From: a virus
Taxonomy: Duplodnaviria; Caudoviricetes
DNA length: 64,000 nt
Virus record (IMG/VR): IMGVR_UViG_3300027969_004220
Span: 32,001-96,000 of that record
Strand: one strand, 5' to 3'
Positions 56,739 through 64,000 of this stretch are shown here, piece by piece (position 1 is the stretch's first letter; each line of letters begins with the position of its first letter). The position numbers were made by a program, and so were the translations under genes. Below the pieces are notes generated by a model. The model saw nothing but the letters and a program-made list of their open reading frames with translations, was not told the origin of the DNA and did not search any database.

Positions 56739-57431
56739 ATGTTACAAATTTTAATACCTGCTGCGGGTAGAGGTTCCAGATTTATAAACTCTGAGTTTAC
56801 TGAACCTAAACCTCTAATATCTTGGAATAATAAAAATATGATACAACATGTTATAGATAACTTCTCTGACGATGATGTTAATTTTTTCATAATTAAAAGA
56901 AAGGAACATTCTATTAGTTTCGAAAATGATGAAGTCAATATAATAAATATTGACTATATGACGGATGGTCCAGCAACCACCGCATATTTATCTAAAGACT
57001 TAATTGATCTAGAACAAGAACTGATTATAACTAACTGTGATCAAATAATAAAAGATTGGGATAAAAGTTTATTTCTATCATTTGCTAGAAAATATGATGG
57101 TGTCTTCGGATGTTTTATCTCAAACTCTAATAAAAATTCATATGTTAAAGTTGATGATAATAATTTAGTCACTGATGTAAAAGAAAAAATTGTTATTTCA
57201 AACATTGCCACAAACGGACTACACTATTGGAAAAAAGCCAAATATTTTTTTGAATCATATGATAAAATGAAATTAAATAATGATAAAACTAATAGTGAAT
57301 TTTATGTAGCACCAAGTTACAACTATCTAATTAAAGATGGATATAAAATTGGAATTTATATGTTTAATCAACACTTTCCAGTTGGTACTCCGGATGACTT
57401 AAAAAAATATCTACAAAATGAAAATAACTAA
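56739..57431 (+). CDS. Sugar-phosphate nucleotidyltransferase
   Basis: ILIPAAGRGSRF..PKPLI, NCDQ, EK..IS..AT.G, EFYVAP, GTPDDL. Confidence 0.85.
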   Translation: MLQILIPAAGRGSRFINSEFTEPKPLISWNNKNMIQHVIDNFSDDDVNFFIIKRKEHSISFENDEVNIINIDYMTDGPATTAYLSKDLIDLEQELIITNCDQIIKDWDKSLFLSFARKYDGVFGCFISNSNKNSYVKVDDNNLVTDVKEKIVISNIATNGLHYWKKAKYFFESYDKMKLNNDKTNSEFYVAPSYNYLIKDGYKIGIYMFNQHFPVGTPDDLKKYLQNENN

Positions 57432-57738
57432 ACTAGAAAACTACTTCAGAGGTTGGTTTATTGGCAACTTTGAACCAACCTGTTATAAAAATGAAGACTT
57501 TGAAGTTGGACTTCTAACACATAAAAAGGGTGAATTTTGGGCACCACATATTCATAAAATTTCCACAGAAATTAATTTACTTGTAGAAGGTGAAATGATT
57601 ATGAATGATGAAAAAATAAATAAAGGAGATATATTTATTATAGAACCAAATGAAATTGCGACACCAATATTTTTAACTGACTGTAAGGTATTGGTTATCA
57701 AAACCCCATCTTTACCAGGTGATAAATACAATATATAA
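57418..57738 (+). CDS. Cupin-domain protein
   Basis: GWFIGNF, HIHK..TE, GDIF..EP. Confidence 0.8.
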   Translation: MKITKLENYFRGWFIGNFEPTCYKNEDFEVGLLTHKKGEFWAPHIHKISTEINLLVEGEMIMNDEKINKGDIFIIEPNEIATPIFLTDCKVLVIKTPSLPGDKYNI

Positions 57739-57754
57739 AAAAATAAATTAAATT

Positions 57755-58933
57755 ATGAATATTTTTAGAAAAAAGATAAATAAAGAAGACTACTTTATAG
57801 TAACCTACTTCTTAGAGTCCACGACAACACTTAGAGATGCTGCTTGGAATCTTGCAATAGGTCAAAGTGTTGGTAATCCAAATGTTAGAAATCAATGGGA
57901 ATCAGACGAATTATTTAATAATCATTCTTGTATAATATTAGATGATGAACAGATACTAAAAACAAAAAATTCTGGAACTATAGAAATAGCTTTCCCAATT
58001 ATAAATATAGATTTCAAAACAGATGGTATCTCACACTTACTAGTTAATATAATGGGTGGTCAACTAGATATTGATAATATTGTAAAATGTCAAGTTTTGA
58101 ATATTGTATTTCCTGAATCAGTTGAGAAGCTATTTTTAGGACCAAAGTTTGGAATTAAAGGAATAAGAGAATATACAAAATGTTTTGATAAACCACTATT
58201 CGGTGCCATTGTTAAACCAAAAACTGGAATATCACCACAGACTCTTCTGGAAATGGTTAAAGAGTTAGTAGAAGGTGGTGTAAACTTTATTAAAGAGGAT
58301 GAGATTTTGAGTAATCCATCATTTTGTACAATTGAAGAAAGAGTTCCACTAATTATGGACTACTTAAAAGATAAAAATGTTATTTATGCGGTTTCTATAC
58401 ATGCGGATTACCCATATGTAATTGATAGAGTAAAGAAAGTTTATGAACTAGGTGGTAATGCAGTACATATTAATTTTTGGTGTGGACTAGGAGTTTATAA
58501 AACAGTAAGAGAATTAGACTTACCAATCTTTATACACTTTCAAAAAAGTGGTGATAAAATATTGACTAATAAAAATCACGATTTTCATATTGATTGGAAT
58601 GTAATTTCCAAAATAGCTGGAATGATGGGTGTCGATTTCATACATGCGGGTATGATTGGTGGTTATTATAAATGGGATGAATCCGAAGTATTAAATTCTG
58701 TTGAAACATTACATAAATATAATGTAATGCCTGCTCTTAGTTGTGGATTTCATCCTGGACTAACTGAATGGGTTACTTCTAAAGTTGGAATTGATTATAT
58801 GGCTAATGTCGGTGGTGCTATTCACGGGCACCCAGATGGTACACTAGCTGGAGCAAAGGCAATGAGACAATCAATCGATGGTGAGCAGTCTAGCGAATAT
58901 CAAATCGCTATTGAAAAATGGGGCAAAATTTAA
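57755..58933 (+). CDS. RuBisCO-like protein (form IV, RLP)
   Basis: GPKFG, GAIVKPKTG, GGVNFIKEDE, DFIHAG, PALSCG, GGAIHGHPDG..AGAKAMRQ. Confidence 0.9.
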   Translation: MNIFRKKINKEDYFIVTYFLESTTTLRDAAWNLAIGQSVGNPNVRNQWESDELFNNHSCIILDDEQILKTKNSGTIEIAFPIINIDFKTDGISHLLVNIMGGQLDIDNIVKCQVLNIVFPESVEKLFLGPKFGIKGIREYTKCFDKPLFGAIVKPKTGISPQTLLEMVKELVEGGVNFIKEDEILSNPSFCTIEERVPLIMDYLKDKNVIYAVSIHADYPYVIDRVKKVYELGGNAVHINFWCGLGVYKTVRELDLPIFIHFQKSGDKILTNKNHDFHIDWNVISKIAGMMGVDFIHAGMIGGYYKWDESEVLNSVETLHKYNVMPALSCGFHPGLTEWVTSKVGIDYMANVGGAIHGHPDGTLAGAKAMRQSIDGEQSSEYQIAIEKWGKI

Positions 58934-58957
58934 TAAAAATAAAAATAAAAATATAAT

Positions 58958-59599
58958 ATGAGAAGTATAAATATAAATGGATACAACGTAGAATTTAGAG
59001 AAGATAAAACCGATATACTTGGTCTTTCTTTTCTACCACAAATGATTGAATATGACAATGATGAAGATTGGAGTGTTTTTACAAGAGGATGTAAACAAGA
59101 AGTTTCACCACAAAACTTCAATTTAGTTAAGGAAATCTCTAAAAATTACATGACACATGGTATTATGGAGATTGGTGTTTCACGTAATGGTATGGCATCA
59201 TTTACTCAGGCGATGTTTCAATCTAAACCTGATCACATAAAATATTTAGGAATCGATTTAGATGATAAAACATACTTAGATAACAAAGATAAAAATATAT
59301 TTACAATAAGAGAAAATTCTTATAATAGGGATTTGGTGAAGAAATACTTAAATGAGATAGGTTTAGAAAAAATTTCAATACTATTTATTGACGGATGGCA
59401 TTCGGTAAATGCTGTTATCAATGACTGGCAATATGTTGATATGCTTTCAGATAATGGTATAGTAATATTCCACGATACAAATTATCATCCAGGTCCTACT
59501 ATTTTTTTAGAAGCCATTGATGGTAAAATTTTTAAAGTAGAAAAATACTTTGAAAACGAAGATGATTATGGTGTCTCTATAGCATATCGATTAAAATAA
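58958..59599 (+). CDS. Class I SAM methyltransferase (Methyltransf_24-like)
   Basis: MEIGV, GID, LFIDGWHS, GIVIFHD. Confidence 0.8.
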   Translation: MRSININGYNVEFREDKTDILGLSFLPQMIEYDNDEDWSVFTRGCKQEVSPQNFNLVKEISKNYMTHGIMEIGVSRNGMASFTQAMFQSKPDHIKYLGIDLDDKTYLDNKDKNIFTIRENSYNRDLVKKYLNEIGLEKISILFIDGWHSVNAVINDWQYVDMLSDNGIVIFHDTNYHPGPTIFLEAIDGKIFKVEKYFENEDDYGVSIAYRLK

Positions 59600-59608
59600 T
59601 TAAATACT

Positions 59609-60049
59609 ATGAAATACATTTCACATAGAGGAAATACAAATGGTAGATTTGAATCTTATGAAAATGAACCAAACTATATTGATATAGCTATTAAAAAAGG
59701 ATTTGATGTTGAAATAGATGTGTGGTATAAAGATAATATGTTATGGTTAGGACATGACAGACCCGATTACTGTACTGATTTTAGATGGTTTAGAGATAGA
59801 ATATCAAAACTGTGGATTCATTGTAAAAATATTGAAGCAATTGAATACTTTTCGACAAGTGGTTACGACTACAACTATTTTTGGCATCAGGATGATCTAT
59901 TGACACTAACATCACACAAATACATTTGGGTTTTTACTGGAAAACAACCAGTAAAAGGTTCTATTGCGGTTATGCCAGAATTAAATGATGAGGATATAAA
60001 TCAATGTTTAGGTATATGTTCTGATTATATAGAAAAATATAGAAAATAA
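59609..60049 (+). CDS. GDPD/PLC-like phosphodiesterase (short)
   Basis: ISHRGN, EN, GFDVEIDVW, LGHD, GICSDY. Confidence 0.75.
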   Translation: MKYISHRGNTNGRFESYENEPNYIDIAIKKGFDVEIDVWYKDNMLWLGHDRPDYCTDFRWFRDRISKLWIHCKNIEAIEYFSTSGYDYNYFWHQDDLLTLTSHKYIWVFTGKQPVKGSIAVMPELNDEDINQCLGICSDYIEKYRK

Positions 60050-60910
60050 ATGAAAGTTTTAGTAACAGGTGGGGCCGGTTTCGTAGGATTCAATCTAATA
60101 AAAGAATTGAAAAGTAGATATAAAAATCAAGAAATACATAGTCTTGATAACTATTTTACTGGTAAGAAATCTAATCATATCGATGGAGTAACCTACCATA
60201 CTGGAAACACATGGGATATTAATCATATATTTGAAGATTATAAATTTGATATAGTATACCATTTTGGTGAATACTCAAGAATTGTAAAATCTTTTGATGA
60301 TATTGAATATGTTGAAAAAACAATTATGTATGGTACACCTAAGGTTTTAGAAATGTGTAGAAAATGGAACGCAAAGCTAATTTATTCCGCATCTTCATCA
60401 AAATTTGGAAATGATGGTAAAGATGAGAACCTCTCACCATATTCCTGGATGAAGTCAAAAATGGTTGAGCTAATTAAAAACTATTCCAATTGGTTTGGAC
60501 TTGACTATGAAATATGTTACTTCTTTAATGTTTATGGAGAAGGTCAAATAATAGAAGGTGATTATGCAACTGTTATAGGCATTTTTGAGAAACAATATAA
60601 TGATGGTAAACCACTAACTGTAGTATCACCAGGTAAACAAACAAGAGACTTTACACATGTTGATGATATTGTTGACGGTATTATTCGTAGTGTAGAAAAA
60701 GGCCTAAGAGGTGAGTGGTATTTACGTTCTGGTAAAAATATATCAATTATTGAAATTGTTGAAATGTTTAAACACGAATGGAATTTTATACCAGAACGAA
60801 AAGGAGAAAGAGTTTATAGTATAGAAATTAAGACAGATACTGAAGAAAAACTAGGCTGGAAACCTAAACATAATGTTGAAGATTGGATTAAAAAAATAAT
60901 AAAAAAATAA
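60050..60910 (+). CDS. NAD-dependent epimerase/dehydratase
   Basis: VTGGAGFVG, SPYSWMK, FNVYG, RDFTHVDD. Confidence 0.9.
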   Translation: MKVLVTGGAGFVGFNLIKELKSRYKNQEIHSLDNYFTGKKSNHIDGVTYHTGNTWDINHIFEDYKFDIVYHFGEYSRIVKSFDDIEYVEKTIMYGTPKVLEMCRKWNAKLIYSASSSKFGNDGKDENLSPYSWMKSKMVELIKNYSNWFGLDYEICYFFNVYGEGQIIEGDYATVIGIFEKQYNDGKPLTVVSPGKQTRDFTHVDDIVDGIIRSVEKGLRGEWYLRSGKNISIIEIVEMFKHEWNFIPERKGERVYSIEIKTDTEEKLGWKPKHNVEDWIKKIIKK

Positions 60911-61524
60911 TGCATAAGATAAGTGTAGTAATACCAACAATGTGGAAATCAAAAAAATTAGAAATTTTATTAAATAATCTACATAAATGTGATAGAATCG
61001 GTGAAATTTTAATTATTGATAATGATCATATTTCAAAAAATGTAAATATTGATAACTATAATAAAGTAGTTTACTTAAATATGGAACAAAATATTTATGT
61101 AAACCCATCTTGGAATTTAGGAGTATCAAAATCTAATTTTGATATAGTTGCACTATTAAATGATGATATATTATTCGATGTAAGTTTTTTTGATCAACTA
61201 ATTGTTTCTGATGAAACACTTATAGGAGTTTCAGAAAAATCATATAAAGATCAAAATGATAATAACTTTAGATTAGAAGATACCGATAATAGAAATTGGG
61301 GATTTGGATGTATGATTATTTTTAATAAGAAATACTATGTTCAAATACCAGAAGAATTAAAAATTTGGTTTGGTGACGACTATTTATTTAGAAAATTTAA
61401 AAATAGATCTATTATAAAAGGTGTTTACTTTGATACTACAATGAGTGTTACATCCGATCTACCTATTTTTAATGAAGTTAAAAGTAATGATGAGATTTTA
61501 TATAAATCAAAATATTCAATATGA
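60910..61524 (+). CDS. GT2 family glycosyltransferase
   Basis: ISVVIPT, IIDN, WNLG, LLNDD, GDD. Confidence 0.8.
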   Translation: MHKISVVIPTMWKSKKLEILLNNLHKCDRIGEILIIDNDHISKNVNIDNYNKVVYLNMEQNIYVNPSWNLGVSKSNFDIVALLNDDILFDVSFFDQLIVSDETLIGVSEKSYKDQNDNNFRLEDTDNRNWGFGCMIIFNKKYYVQIPEELKIWFGDDYLFRKFKNRSIIKGVYFDTTMSVTSDLPIFNEVKSNDEILYKSKYSI

Positions 61525-61658
61525 ATATCGATGTAGTAGATAAAATAACACAAATGTTAGCAGATGAGCTGACAAAGTCAATTGATGCAGACATCATGAA
61601 AGAACTATTTAGTAAGAGAAATAGAAGAAAAATTAAGATTGAAAATCTTTTTAAATAA
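61521..61658 (+). CDS. Small protein (not in ORF track)
   Basis: MNIDVVDKITQMLADELTKSIDADIMKELFSKRNRRKIKIENLFK*; ATGA overlap with the upstream stop. Confidence 0.55.
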   Translation: MNIDVVDKITQMLADELTKSIDADIMKELFSKRNRRKIKIENLFK

Positions 61659-62250
61659 TCTGAATAATCTGAGGTACATTACCAAGTTCAAGTACCTTAC
61701 TTTGATTAAGTAAGAACTCAATATCATAAAAGTTAAAGTGAAAAGTAATTGTAAATTCTTTCGCATTAACTTTTTGTTGTGAGTAGTTGAAAGTATTCTC
61801 AGATAAAGATTTAAGTATTATTTCATAAAAACGAATTACATAAATTGCATCTCTATGTATATCAACACAAGTAATTGTAAATGGTTCTAAAAATGCATTA
61901 TCTGTATCTAAATAATGTTTACTCATAATATCAAACATCAACCAATAATTTAAGTCAGAATCAACTGATCTAAATGTAACAGTTAAATCATGTGTAGTTG
62001 GTATATCTTGAATATTTTTTGCAGGTTTTAAGAATCTTTCTTTACCTCTAACTTCAATACGCTTAACTAATTCAAATGATATTCCAGGAAAATTTACACC
62101 CTTAATAGTAGAGTTCAAATAATCAATAACATTCTCATACTGAACCCAATTCTTTTCAAGAATTGGTGTATAAGTATCTATAATCTCAGGCTTTAAAAAA
62201 GCTTGAGGTAGATTAAATATAAACTGACTTGCCTGACTGGATAATCTCAT
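61651..62250 (-). CDS. Tail tube/tail completion (T4 gp3/gp19-like) protein
   Basis: VNFPGISF..LTVTFRSVDSDLNYW..FTITFHFNF resembles the tail-tube fold. Confidence 0.5.
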   Translation of the reverse strand: MRLSSQASQFIFNLPQAFLKPEIIDTYTPILEKNWVQYENVIDYLNSTIKGVNFPGISFELVKRIEVRGKERFLKPAKNIQDIPTTHDLTVTFRSVDSDLNYWLMFDIMSKHYLDTDNAFLEPFTITCVDIHRDAIYVIRFYEIILKSLSENTFNYSQQKVNAKEFTITFHFNFYDIEFLLNQSKVLELGNVPQIIQII

Positions 62251-62266
62251 TTGTTACATATTATTT

Positions 62267-64000
62267 TTATGATGTTGCACCTGGTTTTATAATAGGAGCT
62301 TGTTCATTTATTAGTTTTCTTGTTACAATCGCAGTTTCTTTAGTTGTACTTGGATCTAAAATAATACTTGGATTATTGGCTTGCATATTAGCAGCTTGAT
62401 CATTTAAAGCATTTACATTTGATCTACTGTCATATATCTTGAATAAACCGGTATATATTACTGATGTAGTAGATTGACTCTTACCTGTGATATAAAATAT
62501 ATTTATACCACCATCATATATCTTTTTAATCTCCGCGAATCTACTTTGGGTTACTTTAAATACTACTTGGCCAATTGCTAAATTAATATCTCCTGATTCT
62601 GTAAATAACGGAAATGTAATTTGATTCTGATCATTCTTTACAACAAAGCTAATTTCACTTATACTAGTCATATTAAAATAATCTGGTTTATTCTCAGGTC
62701 CAGTTGCAATTGAAAATTTAATAACATTATCAAATGGATAAAGTAAGATTTGAATCTTTCCAAAACCATAGAACATAGTATTATTAAAAAGTGCATTATC
62801 AGATTTAGCAATTATATTAAATCTATCCACTAAAACCGGGAAAGGAACTTTAATAGTTTCAATAACTACACCATTTTGTGAACTTAGATTATTCAAACCT
62901 TGACCACTACCATTACCATTATTCATACTACCAGGTGCCATACCAGTATTACCCAATACTAATGACCCATTTGCATTACCTAAACCACCAATTAAAGTAG
63001 TATTGATAGATGATTTAATATTATAGATTTTCGGTTTAGAAACATTCTTAACATTGATTTTCATCATATTTATTGCATATTTAGATAACTCATCCTGTAA
63101 CATACCATAAGAAGCTCTTCTAATAATAGTACTATCATCAACACTATCAATAAGTCTCATCTCAACATCAATTATAGCCGTTGTAGATGAATATTTTATT
63201 ATAGGTCTATATTCTATTGTTTCATTAAAATTATCTGTTACAGTTATCGTGGTAGTTTTTCCACGAATATTTTGTTCATATAAAGTAATATCATATTGAA
63301 CATAGTAATTTCTATCTAACGTAAATGAATCATCAATAAATTTTTTAAATCCATATATTGTATCATTATAAACTCCATATATCTCGAAAAAATCTCCATT
63401 AGATGAATGTTGAACTACTAATCCTAATCTCTCAAATTCTGGTGACTGAGGTATTGATATTGTATTGTTTGCACTTAATAAATAAGATTTAACATTATTT
63501 ATTGTTTGTATATTAGTTATAAAGTGAAAATCAATAAAAATTGGTGCAGTTGAACTTAAACCAATATTATCAGTAAGATTATAGTTTATACTATTTTCCT
63601 TTGGTTTACCATCTAAAATCTGTGAAGATAACTCACTTAATGCAGGAATCTCAACTGTAATATTCTTACCCCATAATTTTTCTTGGAACAATAGTGGTGG
63701 TGATGTAAAATTCAATAAATATTGTTGTTCTATAGAAGTCATATCAAAGTAAAAATTTGATAAATCATATATTTTACTATTTGTATAATCATGTGCATAA
63801 ACCTTTATATAGAATCCTAAGTACTCTCCAAAAGTCCAATTTATCGGTAAGTGAATTTTTAAGGTATCATGTCTCAATGGGTTACCTGATGTATAATCTT
63901 TTACTTGTAAAAATGAATAGTTATTAGAAATAATACCAGGAATTTGTGTTGGTGAAGAACTTACTTTACCATATCTTCCAGAGATAGTATCAAGTTTAAA
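62267..64000 (-). CDS. Large putative structural protein, start probably beyond the window end
   Basis: Track ORF 62267-63877; the frame appears open toward the window edge. Confidence 0.6.
   Translation of the reverse strand, partial: FKLDTISGRYGKVSSSPTQIPGIISNNYSFLQVKDYTSGNPLRHDTLKIHLPINWTFGEYLGFYIKVYAHDYTNSKIYDLSNFYFDMTSIEQQYLLNFTSPPLLFQEKLWGKNITVEIPALSELSSQILDGKPKENSINYNLTDNIGLSSTAPIFIDFHFITNIQTINNVKSYLLSANNTISIPQSPEFERLGLVVQHSSNGDFFEIYGVYNDTIYGFKKFIDDSFTLDRNYYVQYDITLYEQNIRGKTTTITVTDNFNETIEYRPIIKYSSTTAIIDVEMRLIDSVDDSTIIRRASYGMLQDELSKYAINMMKINVKNVSKPKIYNIKSSINTTLIGGLGNANGSLVLGNTGMAPGSMNNGNGSGQGLNNLSSQNGVVIETIKVPFPVLVDRFNIIAKSDNALFNNTMFYGFGKIQILLYPFDNVIKFSIATGPENKPDYFNMTSISEISFVVKNDQNQITFPLFTESGDINLAIGQVVFKVTQSRFAEIKKIYDGGINIFYITGKSQSTTSVIYTGLFKIYDSRSNVNALNDQAANMQANNPSIILDPSTTKETAIVTRKLINEQAPIIKPGATS

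Noticed and set aside
57755-58933. Carbon-fixing RuBisCO
   Set aside because: Short form IV sequence with KEDE, no small subunit or phosphoribulokinase, and a glycan-locus context.
45973-61524. Eukaryotic giant-virus or bacterial chromosome origin
   Set aside because: Bacterial-type tRNAs, Bacteroidota promoters, intrinsic terminators and T4-like neck/tail genes indicate a jumbo bacteriophage.
1-64000. Stop-codon recoding (code 15 or 4), as seen in some large phages
   Set aside because: Conserved genes are full length in code 11, TAG and TGA end genes at expected positions, and no clear suppressor tRNA is present.

Overview
AT-rich, gene-dense segment of a jumbo (T4-like/huge) tailed phage using genetic code 11. 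The host is probably Bacteroidota/Flavobacteriia: TTTG-N19/20-TAnnTTTG promoters recur and there are no Shine-Dalgarno motifs. It holds about 36 tRNA and tRNA-like genes in five arrays, tail-fibre/neck/tail-type structural genes, an NAD+ salvage pair (NadM-Nudix + NAMPT), a DNA methylase/nuclease pair, ClpC, two homing endonucleases, and a 15.5-kb glycan-biosynthesis locus containing a RuBisCO-like protein. The main finding is that four tRNA arrays each follow the same cassette: promoter, unannotated 29-34 codon leader ORF, mutually exclusive antiterminator/terminator hairpins, then tRNAs. Each leader carries codons for exactly the amino acids of its own array (I/A/E/G/Y; L/R; N/I/V/C/T; M/P/Q/D). 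This points to ribosome-stalling transcription attenuators that switch on phage tRNA sets when the cognate tRNAs are depleted. The arrays also contain a YrlA-like (permuted tRNA-mimic) RNA, two tRNAs whose D-arm appears moved 3' of the anticodon arm, and a twice-repeated pseudoknot motif. All calls are by eye; no searches were run.
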